Positions 11,753-22,947 are shown, counted from the stretch's first letter. The stretch: 26,106 bases of DNA from Azolla caroliniana (GCA_043228905.1 JBHGNT010000431.1:1-26106); one strand, 5' to 3'. Made by a program: numbers and translations. The notes: generated by a model from the sequence alone, not told the origin.

Positions 11753-13061
11753 CTAGTCCTTGTACGAAAAATTTCTCTGGGTTGCTTCGAATCCACCATC
11801 TGATAGAGGCAGGTGGCCTCTAAAGTTTGTTATCAGATAAGTTTCGAGAGACCAACTTAAGGCTGACATGAAGCTACACTCACGGAACCAACAGCTGGCC
11901 TCTCCGCCGACCTGCTGATGTGTAAATGCCGCGTCCTCATCGTCGATGGGGATCGGTTTGTTACCATTTCCAGCAGCTGCTGCGTCTGCCAGAAGCATGA
12001 CTTGGCAGTGACGCTCCAGCGCGACGAAACTGTGCGAGCATAGACGCCTAGGGTCAGTCCTGAAGCTGCTTCGACGGCAGCCAGCTACACTGACCGGTGT
12101 ACCGCAGCCTCGATCGTCTTGCCAGCAGTTAGAATACCATGGTTCTGCAAGATCAAGGCTGTGTTGGTCTCTCCAAGCGCCTTTGCAATCCTCTGGCCTT
12201 CCTCGTCGCCAACAACGACGCCACCGAATGAGGCATAGAGTGCACACTGTGTCGAGCGTCGATGCATAAGTCTGGTGCTCTGGCAGACAGACAAGACGGC
12301 AAAACCCAAACGGCAAAAGTACTCGCCTTCTTGTAGAATACACAACTGTCCTGTGTCGTGATCTCAATCTCTTTGCCCAACGTGGACCATGCTTTGGCAT
12401 AGAGGCTGTGGCTATGACAGGCTGCATCAACGTCCGGACGTGCCGTATGAATGGCGTGATGACTATAGGTGGTGTCAGATGCGTCAGAGTGACCCCGCAA
12501 ACGACCTTCGATTGACTGAGACTCACATAGCAAAAGCTGCACGGTTATAAATCTGCAACTCCGGCTTACCTCCCATGATAATCTCACCATTCGATCCTAC
12601 GAGAAGGAGGTCCGATGCCTGCATCAGGTTGAAGTTCTTGCCGAAAGGGGTCACTATGACACGTAGCACAACTTATGAGCATTCACGAAGAAGGATATGA
12701 AATCACCAACGAGTTCTACTCACCCCAGAAGGCATCGCGGAGGATGGGATCACGATACGTCAGGTGACCAGCGATTCCCTCTGTGGAGTGAGCAAGCAGC
12801 GTTGGTCAGGGCATGAATCAAGCGTAGCGGCGAGTTCAACATTCCTGCACTTTACGGAAACTAACCGTCGTACTGTAGCCTTCCAAAGATACGATAACTT
12901 GCAGCAAGTCTCTCCTTGCGGTGCTGACGCTCCTCCTCAAGGCTGTCAAATTTGGGAGGGGCGACCATTTTGAACGCAGACTTGGCTGCCTCGTCTTCTC
13001 CGTTGGGAGCCTGCGCGGCCTTGGAGTCGTGAAGTGCATTCTGGGTCGGTTGAGGAGCCAT
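11753..13061 (-). CDS. Class II aldolase/adducin family protein, multi-exon (3' end approximate)
   Basis: EEERQHRKERLAASYRIFGRL, EGIAGHLTYRDP, PFGKNF, HAIHTARPDVDAACHSHSLY, ITTQDSCVFY, LILQNHGILTAGKTIEAA, FVALERHCQV, separated by short introns; at least one apparent frameshift. Confidence 0.9.
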
Positions 13062-13716
13062 CTTTGAAATGGTGATACGGTCGTGAAGAAAGCGGTGTGT
13101 GGGGTCAGAGGAGTGTTGGAGTGCAGCTTGTCTCCACAGACCCACCGTGTGCCTGGCGGCCGCCCGCCACCCTGCGCCACTTTCTCTCTGTGTCGGCAAC
13201 TTGATCGGCCCGTGGAGCCTTCCCCACAGGTTCTTGGATTCCCCAGATTCCCACCTGACAACCTGACGTTCAAAATACTTAACTTTCGATTTGCCCTCAT
13301 GTTATTAGATGGGGGACCCTGCTTCATAATTGGAAATTATTGATGGCTGCCTCATGTCATTCATTACACTCGACATCTCGATTATCATAATACAATAAAC
13401 AATATACAATATACAGTGCTTTGCGTTTGTCTGGACAGGTGTGTGACTGCCGCGAAAAAAAGTCACAATTTTGGAGGGGCGCGCACCCTGCAGCGCCCAG
13501 CTCCCGCCGACGTCGGTGATCATTGCATTTCGGGAAATTGAACCACGTGGGGATCAGCTCCGCGGTTTCCGTCATCGCCGCCGCACTGTCGCCAAAGTCG
13601 CCCTCACCAAAGACCAGCGCACCGTGCTCCCCCCATCACTCCCACTCGCAACATTTTTACAGACACTCTCTCTGTCTGCGTGGGGTCCCCATACAGCACC
13701 ACTTCCCGCAGCGATC

Positions 13717-16700
13717 ATGATTACGCTCACACCACTCGCCGTACCTTACGTGCCTGCTGCAACTTCGAGCATAGCGGTTTCTGCCCCTGCCAAAGCGGAC
13801 AGTGCAGCGCAGGATGGTTTCGAAGAGATCGAGCGGCCCAAAGCCCTTGCTTACCTCTTGGATCTGGATGAAGTGAGGATCCTTTTGGAGTGGGAATTCC
13901 GGAATCACTCAGTTTCACAGATGGTCAGGAGGTCAATTCCACTGCTGTCATTAGCTCTGACGCAGTCATGGAAGCTGAACAGAAGCCCAGGCTGGAAGGT
14001 GAAGAGCTAGCTAGACGAGCCAAAACGGAGGGATTGGACATCCTTCTTGCAGAGTGAGTGTTCTCGAACGATTGATGCGATATTTTTTTCTGACACCTGT
14101 GTCGCCCACAGTTTAGCACCTTCGATTGATCTGGTGCTACTCTGTCACTCCACGCTTTCGCACGCCGGAATGTACGCCTGGGCTTGGGCTCGACTAGGCC
14201 TCACGTGCCCCGCCTTCGCAACGCTACCTGTTTCCACAATGGCGAGACTCACCACTGTAGAAGCTGTAGAGGGCTGGAGGGAAGAGCTCGATTCGAAAGA
14301 TAGAGGGACAAACGCTACCCTGATCAAGGGGCAACAAAGCAGAGGCGCAAGAGACAATGAGTCTTCTCGACAGCAAGTGCGCCCCAACGATGGATGAGAT
14401 CGAGACAGCCTTTGATTCGATACGGACCGTGCGATACTTACAGCCAACGCAGCTCGAGGGCAAGTGCGCTGGTTTGACCTTGACTGCATACGCGGCTGGA
14501 CACAGTTTGGGAGGAACTCTATGGAAGCTGAGATCTCCTACAGCTGGAACGCTGTTGCTCGCCCCTCGATTGGAATCACATGCGAGAACGTCACCTCGAC
14601 GGAACCGCCCTTATTTCGTCCCCCACATCGGGTGCTGAGTCATCTGGAGGAGCTGGCACTCTTGATGCAGTCCGGCGAGCTGACGTGCTGCTGGCAGACG
14701 TCGATCGTGGACTTGTTGTGAATGCCCGTCGTAAGGACAGAGACGCTGCGCTTCTCGGTAAGTCCGCCCTCAATTCGAGCGCCGGTACGATTACTTACAT
14801 GCAGAATCACTGGTAGATCTTGTGCACGCGACCATTCGCGGTGGCCACAGCGTACTCATACCCGTTGATGCATCAGCACGTCTGCTCGAGCTTCTAGTGC
14901 TTCTGGACGCTCATTGGGCCTTCGCTTATCCACATGTCAAGTTCCCTCTCTGTCTCGTCAGTCGCACGGGCAGAGAAGTGATCGAGAGAGCGCGAGCGTT
15001 GATGGAGTGGACCACTCGTTCTTGGGCTACCAACACGGCTGATGGAGAGGGTGATTCTCGGCGCACTCACGAGAAGAACAGCGCACCTGGGAACCCTTTA
15101 GATTTCAAGTGAATGATTTCGATCGCTTACAATTACGCCGGTTTACACTGACGCCCTGATATACTGAACCTCACAGATATCTTAGGGTTTTCAGCTCACT
15201 CGCCGCGCTCGACGAGGCGTTTCCACCGGAGGTAGCCAAGGTGGTCCTCGCAGTGCCCCTATCACTCACACACGGACCAGCGCGCGCATTGTTGGTCAGG
15301 GCAGCACAGACAGAGGGCGACGTTGTGATCCTCACACAAAGGGGTGATGCTGGCTCACTAGCCAGGTGGCTTTACGAGAGATGGGAAAACATGCAGCAGC
15401 CATCTGCAAAGTGGGGAAGGGCAAGCGTGGGCAAGGACGTAACGATCCCTGACGCCTGTGATATTGAGGTCCGTACTTCAATTCTTGGGGCGCAAAAAGC
15501 AGATAGATGCCTTACACCTATTTCCACATCCTAGCTTAAGCAGCGCGTAGCCCTCGAAGGTGATGAGCTGGCCGCACATGAGGAAGCCGAGAGAATGGCG
15601 ATAGAAAGAGCGGCCACGCAGCGGGCTCTGCGCGCTAGGACGAGGAGACGTCTAGAAGCAGACGAGGAAGGAGACTCGAGCGAATCCGATGACTCAGACG
15701 CATCCTCCATCGTCGGCGATGCCGAGCTTGTCCTGCCTGACTCCCACGTCGCAGCCTACGGAGAGCCTGGTGGCAATCGAAAGCGTAAGCGTAATGTTGT
15801 TGCCACGCGAGAAATCGGCGAGGCTCCGGAAGGAGGCAGTTCAGATTTGTCTTTCGATGTATACCTCCGCGGTTCCGCAAGTAGGGCGACAAACTTTTTG
15901 GCGCCCATGGACCTTCCGGAGGAGACAGCAGACACGGAACGGGGATTCGCTATCGTATGTTCCCATTTACAGAGCGCAAGAGGAAGGTGGACGCTTATGG
16001 CGAGACGATCGACGTTGGCCGCTGGTTGAGCCGAAGACGAGAAATTGAAGCGAACGACATCGAGGCAGAAAGTGTCGTGAAGGAACTCGGCGAGTCACCC
16101 GAAGCTGCTGCCAAGCGAAGATTGACAGGAAAGCAAAAAGAGGAGGAAAGCGCACGCGGACCACCCAGCAAAATTGTCACCAGCACGGTACACCTGCAGA
16201 TGGCCTGCCGTGTCGCCTACGTTGACATGTCTGGCCTCGCCGACGGTCGTGCACTCAAAACCCTGCTTCCGCAACTTCTACCCAGAAGATTATTACTTGT
16301 CGGCGGGTCGCCTGCAGCCCGCACCGACGCTTTGAAACATTCTCCGCAATCCGTGGGATGACGAAGGAGGTTCACGCGCCCTCGCTCGGCGAATTCGTTC
16401 GCATTGGAGAGCTGACAAACGCATTCACGGTCCACCTTGGAGAAGCTCTGCTGACGAATCTGAGGTTGAGCCGCTTCGAGGATTACGAGGTTGCGCACCT
16501 TTCAGCAGCTGTCGACTACTCGACAGGAGGCTTGGCAACTCTAGAACCTCTCCCGGTAGCCTCCTCAACAGCTGAGCCGAATGCCTTAGATTCGATGGCT
16601 CCCGACGGACAGCAGAAGCACATGCCCAACAGTTTGGTGAGCGCCTCGACTGCGAGAGACCTTCCTTCTACTCTCTTCGTTGGTGATCTGCACTTATCCA

Positions 16701-16921
16701 CGCTGAAGGCGTTGCTGGCCAAGAATCACCGAATCGCTTCGGAGTTTGCTGGCGAGGGTTCGCTAGTGTGTGGAACCCAAGTCACGAAGGGGAAGCCTGG
16801 TGTGACCGTGCAGAAAAAGGGCGCTGGTGACGTCGTCATCGAGGGACATGTCAGCAAGAACTTTTACGCCGTACGTCAGGCGGTGTATGATCTTCATGCT
16901 GCCGTAGAGCGCATAATTTGA
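13717..16921 (+). CDS. CFT2: Cleavage and polyadenylation specificity factor subunit 2 (CPSF100/Cft2), MBL + beta-CASP
   Basis: YLLDLDEVRILL, IDLVLLCHSTLSHAG (degenerate MBL motif), EIETAFDSIRTVRYLQP, AYAAGHSLGGTLWK, WNHMRERHLDG, GHSVLIPVDASARLLELLVLLD, MFPFTERKRKVDAYGETID, YVDMSGLADGRALK, TLFVGDLHL, EFAGEGSLVC, FYAVRQAVY. Introns near 14055, 14758, 15109 and 15469; several single-base frameshifts. Confidence 0.92.
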
Positions 16922-17339
16922 GGTTGTACGGCCCGCATTCATCCCAGATCCTCGCTTTGCTGGAGCTGTAACAGTGTTTGTCCTTTCAAGTCCAAGGGAA
17001 CTAACTTTTGTATTTTTCAAAATACGAACGAAAGTAAGTGCCCCTATCCTGCCCCTGCTCGAAACGAACCACTGAGCGAACTTATAGTACATCAGTCGCA
17101 ATACGTAATCTCCTTTTGACCCCTGTGGAATGATGGTTTCGGCATGAGCCTTGACCCTCCACCGTACGCCTGAGCGTGGAAGCTACAGGTCGGTGCCCTG
17201 AAACGGAGAGGCTTGATGAGGAACACCAAGCGAAGGTCACATGCATGAATGTTCTACGCCTTTAAGAGAAAGAAGAAGGCCATATATACTGGTAGCGTCC
17301 GAGGCTGGCCATCAGTGCCCTGCGAACACCCGTAAGCTA

Positions 17340-17929
17340 ATAGACATCCTCTCATCTGTCCGTCGAAATTCGTATAGAGGCACGCAAGCAGCACTCGTTG
17401 ATGAGCATGGCCACTGACTGAGTGTCCCTTGAGGTGCTCATTGTTCCCACGGCCCTCTTCCACTTCGGCAAAGCCACCAACACATATCACGCCCGCAGCA
17501 GCCACCGCCAGCGTCTGTATTAGCGACCAGCAATGGCACATCGCGAGGCCCTTCATCAACCTGACAACCTCTCCATTCGTCTGTCGTCATACCGCTCACC
17601 TCGCTACGTCCTCTTTCATATGTTGGCTGGCCTCGCGGACTGCTGGGCCGCTTCCTGGCCGCCAGAACCGGTCGCAGCGACTTTGCTGCCTTTTATCACG
17701 AGCGCTTCCATCACGACGATGCAGTGCTCGACGAGGGCAACGAGAAGGCAGACGAGCTCGCCAAGGGCGCGTGCTCGGAGCAGCAGGAGCTCGGGGCGGC
17801 GCCGAAGACATACGCGCATGCAAAGAGAGAGATCAAAGAGAAGCTGCTGACGGCATGGCAGCTGCACTGCAGAGCCCAGCAGACTCGCATCGATAGCCTC
17901 TCCACGATGTACTCAAGAGTTACCACGCC
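17340..17929 (+). mobile_element. Mosaic of degenerate non-LTR (LINE, Tad-like) ORF2 3' fragments
   Basis: ~17340-17470 resembles 22790-22910. ~17620-17730 reads YVGWPRGLLGRFLAARTGRSDFAAFYHERFHHDD, homologous to YLDWPRKYLARFLAARTSHGDFAD. 17736-17929 carries the RNase H end GNEKADELAK. Confidence 0.75.
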
Positions 17930-17949
17930 TCTTGCGGTGCTCCTCTTCT

Positions 17950-18274
17950 GCTGGAGGAAGCTGGCAGACAAGATGTTTGTGTTAGGAGCGATTGATTCGT
18001 ATGTGTTGTATGTGTGGAAAGTACAGAAGACAGTAAGCACCTATGTAGCTTTGCCAGTGGAGGGATGGAAAGGCCGTAGAACGCGATGGAACCCGATGGA
18101 ACCGTGTGAAACCAAACCGCTGACGTGTGCACCTCACTCAACTCATCCAGATGACTTTCCTCTGTTCCTGTACCTACAGATGGCAGTCCTCCCGTCACCA
18201 ATGATCCGGTGACATCGTCCCCACGTCCGTGTGTCCATCACCAATGGTCCGGTGATCCGAAGAGTCTCTCAACA
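17950..18274 (-). repeat. Copia 3' LTR, lacking its terminal ~7 nt
   Basis: Aligns to 21961-22277, ends tcaaca on +, and has an 11-nt insertion (gtggagggatg) relative to the 5' LTR. Confidence 0.9.
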
Positions 18275-19900
18275 CTCCTCCTCATCGTCGTGCGTCGTGA
18301 CTAGACCTGACGATGCTGTATGCTTTGCTTGAAGGACCTTGTTGAGCGGCTTCGTGAGAAGGTCTGCGACTTGATCCTCGCTGCAAACGTACGTGAACTC
18401 AACGAGCTCATCCTCGTGAACCTCGCGCGAATACTCAAGTTCTACATCGTAGTGCTTGGTGCGAGCGTGACGACCTTTGCCGCGAACGTGAGCCAGTGCA
18501 GCAGTGCTGTCTGCATAGATCTTGACTCTGAACTCCTTGCCCTCAACGTCGCGCACGAATTTTCGCAACCACGCCGCCTCACGAGCGGCCTCGAATGCAG
18601 CCGTGAGTTCTGCCTCCCGCGTCGAGAGTGCAACCTTGCTCTGCCTCTTGCAAGCCCACGAGTCAGCAGCGCCCGACATGCAAAAGACGTAGCCTCCGAC
18701 GGAATGACGATCCTGCAACTCTGCGAAGTCCGAGTCGCAGTAACCCTCCAGTTCACCTCCGTCGCGAACGTAGCGAATGCCAAGATACTTCGTGCCTGAA
18801 GACAACGAAGAATCCTTTTGACCAATGCCCAAGACTCCCGGGTAGGGTTTGCCGTGCTGCGACTGGCATGCTGCACTGCGTACGCAATGTCGATTCGCGT
18901 GCCGCGAGCAGCGTACAACAAAGCTCCGATGGGTGCAGCATAAGGCACGTCGCCTTCCAGTGCGTCCTCACCTCCCATCGTGTCTCCCTTGGCAATCAGC
19001 GTGGCCATCGATTTGCAATCTGCCATGTTGAAACGTCGCAGAATCGTATCGATGTAACGTGCCTGATCCAGCGTGAGGACGCCCTTCGAACGATCGTAAT
19101 TGACCCTCATGCCTAGGCACCAAGATAGCGCTCCGAGGTTCTTCATCTTGAAGCTCTCTCCAAGCTGAGCCGTGAGCCAGCTTGCGCCATCTTCCTTCTC
19201 CGCAGCCACGACCAGGTCGTCAACCCAGATCGTTAGCGCCATGAAATTTCCGGGCTCTCTGCGCACGTACAAGCACTTGTCCGATGTGCACGGCTCAAAG
19301 CCCAAGCGAAGTAGAGCGGCGTGCAGCTTGAGATACCAAGAGCGTCCGGCCTGGCGTAGACCGTACAGCGTCTTCCTCATGCGGCATACACGACCCGTGC
19401 CGTCATCGCAACCCTCAGGCTGCGCAAGGTAGAGCTCCTCTTCGCAGTCTCCATTGAGGAAAGCGGTTTCTACGTCGAGGTGTGAAAGATGATAGCTCTT
19501 CTTGATAGCGTACGACAGGAGTAGGCGGAGTGTGGTGAATCTTGCGACTGGTGCGTACGTCTCTTGGAAATCCTCACCTGCGACTTGTGTGAAGCCGCGT
19601 GCGACAAGACGTGCCTTGAACTTCTCGATGGCTCCCGAGGCTGTGCGCTTGACCTTGAAGACCCACTTCGACGTGATTGGCCTTCTTCCGGGTGGCAGTT
19701 CCTGAAGTTCCCATGTCTTGTTCTCGTGAAGGGTCTGTAGCTCTCTCTTGATGGCCAGATTCCACTGGGAAGCGGACGGACTGGACAGAGCCTCCTCGTA
19801 CGAACGGGGCTCGTCAGCGTCGTGAGATTCCATGGCCATATATAGATGAGCGTGGGCTGAGGTGTCCTTCAATTTCGACGTCGCGTTCTTCCAGTACTCC
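18269..19900 (-). pseudogene. Copia reverse transcriptase + RNase H (frameshift near 18800)
   Basis: EPRSYEEA, SKWVFKVK, KARLVARGFTQ, ETYAPVA, HLDVETAFLNG, LYGLRQAGRSW, WVDD, GYCDSDFA, STREAE, RTKHYDV, ADLLTK; the ORF ends EEEC* inside the LTR start. Confidence 0.93.
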
Positions 19901-20121
19901 TGTTATGAGGCCGATAAGCGCCTCTCTCATAGCCGAGCAGCGGCTCTCTCATAGCCGAGCAGCCGCACGGCTCACACATGTACACCTTCCAACTCTACAC
20001 GTCACACTCTTTGCTTCTCTAGCAATTCTATTGCATTCCAACCTTTCTGCACGGCTGCCTGCTGACCAAGCGGACTCTCTCCCTGAAACCTTCAGGAGAC
20101 AAACAGCCCAGACCCTTAACA
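19901..20121. mobile_element. Solo LTR (221 bp) of a different family, nested in copia pol
   Basis: Termini tgtta...taaca, flanked by a 5-bp TSD ACTCC (19896-19900 and 20122-20126). Excision restores RNRRAPGEYWKNATSK. Internal 20-bp repeat ctctctcatagccgagcagc x2. Confidence 0.9.
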
Positions 20122-20366
20122 ACTCCCCTGGTGCCCTCCTGTTGCGCTTCGGTCGTGCGTCCGAAGTGTCTTGTGTGTCTGCTGCAGCAGTTGCTCTCTT
20201 CCTGCCGTCGCGTTCAGCATTTTCCGAGTCAGACTGCAATGGAGTATGTGCGTTAGCGCTCTGACGGCCTTGAGCCTCGGCCTCGGCCTCAGCGTCAGAC
20301 TCTCCGTCAGCAGAGCTGCACTTCTCCTCCTCCTGCTGTTGCGACTCCAGAGGTGTTTCGTTAACT

Positions 20367-20431
20367 TGTTGAAGCTGGAGGAAGCTGACAGACAAGATCT
20401 ACGTGTGAGGAGCGATTGATTGAGTATGCAC
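20367..20431 (-). repeat. Third, internal fragment of the copia LTR end
   Basis: tgttgaagctggaggaagctgacagacaagat...gaggagcgattgattgag matches 21954 onward. Confidence 0.88.
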
Positions 20432-20575
20432 CGCCGTTTCGGCCACGTAAGCGCGACCACACTCTCACTCATCGACAAGGCCTACGTCCTGAAGTTGTCG
20501 AGATTGAAGCCTAGCTTGTAGGACTTGTCGATGAGTGAGAGTGTGGTCGCGCTTACGTGGCCGAAACGGCGGTGC
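20428..20575. repeat. Fold-back inverted repeat of GAG-pre-integrase coding sequence
   Basis: 20428-20479 is the exact reverse complement of 20524-20575, extending 6 bp further inward with one mismatch; 32-nt loop. Confidence 0.95.
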
Positions 20576-21887
20576 CAAGCAAGCAGATCGTCCGAAGTAA
20601 TAACCTTGCGCGCGATGTGGCTGTTGCCGCGCACATTCTGAGGTTGGACCCCGTCAACTACGTAGATGCCCTCCCGTAGCTGAGCTGTGATCATGTGCCC
20701 TGATGCTAGATGAACAGTTGCATGGGAGCCCTCAAAGACGATTTTGGCCCCTTTCGCAGTCAGTCGAGAGACGGAGATAATGTTGATACCTCTGCCCATG
20801 CGGGGCAGAAACAGTGCGTCGGGAAGCTCGCACTCCCGCTTGGTGCTGCCAAATTGAGCTACGAAACCGACGACTCCTCGACCGTGCGATGCGATGCTGT
20901 TCCCATCCGTGAGTCTGATGGTGGTTGAGTCTGATGCGATGCTTATGAAGAAAGCCTTGTTGCCGGCCATGTGGTGTGAGGCGCCAGAGTCGAGGATGAA
21001 GGCGACGCGCTGCGGACTTTAAAAAGTTGCAGCGGCGGCTGACATCAGACTGATGCCGACGTTCCCTTCCTCGTTCCCTACCTGACCATCATCCACTGCC
21101 TTGGCGGCATTTGAGGAAACGTTCTTCTCCGGACAACTTGCACGCAAGTGTCCAACTCTTTTGCAACGGTAGCACGTCCTCTTCTCTTGACGATCAGAAG
21201 GGATTCCGTTGCCTTGTCCGCGCTGCCTGGTGCTGCGCTGTCCTCCTCCGTTTCCGTAGTGTGCTACGCCCTCTCGCTTACTGTCCGCGGAGAGCTCCAG
21301 CTCTTTCAGGAGGAGCTGAGTATTGTTGTGCTCCCGTGTAAGCTGATTTCTTTTGCTCAGAATCAACTCCACGACCATGCGATATTCCGGCGGTAGACCT
21401 CGGTGGGTCACCAGGCAATACGATAGCGTATCGACTACCCCGCCTGCTTCCTCGATCTCGGCTGCCATGGCATCCACCTCCAACAGCCAGTCGCGTACCG
21501 GAACGCCTGCGCGCTTGGTGAGCGTATCGAACTGCCTCTTGAGGTGGGCGAGTCCGAAGCCTGACTGAATCTGGTAAGTTGCCACCAGCTTGTCCCAAAC
21601 CTCCTTTGCCGTCTTGCATGTCCGCACGCCACTGAGAATCCTGTCGTCCATCAGGTGTACGAGTAGAGTGAAGGCCTCCTTGTCCTTGATGTTCCAGGTG
21701 TCCACTGCAGTCGTCGTGCTTTCCGGTCAGCCACTCGTGGGCGAATCACCGTTCCGTCAACGTAGCCCCACAGACCGTGGTGCTCCAGAATCAGCTTGGT
21801 ACGGAAGGACCAAGAGCTGAAGTTCTTGCCGTTAAACTTGGTGAGTTGCATGCTTCCCAGACTGCCTGCCGGTGTTGGTGTTGTCAT
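20482..21887 (-). pseudogene. Copia gag + protease + GAG-pre-integrase
   Basis: KFNGKNFSSW...LWGYVDG, CKTAKEVWDKL, zinc knuckle CYRCKRVGHLRASC, protease FILDSGASHHM, NIISVSRL, WHRRFGH. Frameshift near 21730 and an in-frame TAA at 21019-21021. Confidence 0.92.
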
Positions 21888-21953
21888 GTTGGATGAGCGG
21901 CACAGGTGTTGTAGATGTTGCTGTGCTCAGTGGTGGAGCTGGAGCTGTGAACT

Positions 21954-22277
21954 TGTTGAAGCTGGAGGAGGCTGGCAGACAAGATGTTTGTGTGAGGAGC
22001 GATTCATTGAGCAAGCACGTTGTGTGTGTGGAAAGTGCAGAAGACAGTAAGGCTTATATAGCTTTGTCAGAAAGGCCGTAGAACGCGATGGAACCCAATG
22101 GAACCGTGTGAAACCAAAGCGCTGACGTGTGCACCTCCACTCAACTCATCCAGATGATTTTCCTCTGTTCCTGCACCTACAGATGGCAGTCCTCCTGTCA
22201 CCAATGATCCAGTGACATCGTCCCCACGTCCGTGTGTCCATCACCAATGGTCCGGTGATCCGAAGAGTCTCTTAACA
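21954..22277 (-). repeat. Copia 5' LTR (324 bp)
   Basis: TGTTGA...TTAACA termini, upstream of the gag ATG at 21887. Confidence 0.92.
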
Positions 22278-22947
22278 AGGTCAGCCCTCGTGTTACCTCG
22301 CAGTTCGAGTCAGAAGGTCCTGCTGAAGCTGCAGCAGCAGATTCGCACTTGGCTCGCAGCTCACGAGGCCAACGTCTTCCACCTGCACTGGGGCCGGGTC
22401 ATGATTGCATCGACGGCAACGAGAAGGCAGACGAGCTCGCCAAGGGCTCGTGCTCGGAGCAGCAGGAGCTCGGGGCGGCGCCGAAGACATACGCGCATGC
22501 AAAGAGAGAGATCAAAGAGAAGCTGCTGACGGCATGGCAGCTGCACTGCAGAGCCCAGCAGACTCGCATCGATAGCCTCTCCAAGCTGTACTCAAGCAAG
22601 CTGTACTCAAGAGTTACCGCGCCCCTTTCGTCGCTCCGGCCTCCAAGCTACCTCGACTGGCCGAGAAAGTACCTGGCACGTTTCCTTGCCGCAAGAACTA
22701 GCCACGGAGACTTTGCCGATTAGCACAGGCGCTTCGACCACGAGGATGTGATCTAGACATGCCATCACTGCCCAGCGGAGACTTTCAGGCTCCATCCGTT
22801 GGTCTGTCCTGTTTTCGCGAGAGCACGAGCGCAACACTTTGTTGACCAGCATGGCTGCCGCCTGAACGCCATTGAGGTGCTCATGCACCCCACGGCTTTC
22901 CTCAACTTTGTGATCCCCCATCGCTTTTATCCTCTAGAGGTTTAGTA
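22278..22947 (+). mobile_element. LINE (Tad-like) ORF2 3' remnant: RNase H end and C-terminal Cys/His region
   Basis: VFHLHW..GHDCIDGNEKADELAK, RFLAARTSHGDFAD*HRRFDHED, CHHC...HPLVC. Contains stops and a 15-bp tandem duplication at 22582-22611. Confidence 0.85.

Larger units (their letters stand above)
17950..22277 (-). mobile_element. Ty1/copia LTR retrotransposon, defective (integrase core missing, nested insertion)
   Basis: LTRs at 21954-22277 and 17950-18274. Order is gag, protease, GAG-pre-integrase, RT, RNase H. A purine tract GAGGAGGAG abuts the 3' LTR. Confidence 0.95.

Noticed and set aside
13451-13457. CGCGAAA (SCB-like) site in the divergent aldolase/CFT2 promoter
   Set aside because: A single 7-mer is expected by chance.
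13717-16921. CFT2 as a pseudogene or as CPSF73/Ysh1
   Set aside because: The degenerate metal motif and C-terminal signature fit CPSF100. The indels look like sequencing errors because the motifs remain well conserved.
598-16921. Functional gene cluster (MAPEG, M43, SCP2, aldolase, CFT2)
   Set aside because: No shared pathway or backbone biosynthetic enzyme; it looks like ordinary gene order.
17736-17929. Treating the ~200-bp direct repeat as the copia LTRs
   Set aside because: It encodes LINE RNase H. The true LTRs have TG..CA ends and an adjacent purine tract.
18320-19705. Plus-strand ORFs over copia pol
   Set aside because: Antisense shadows of a GC-rich coding strand.
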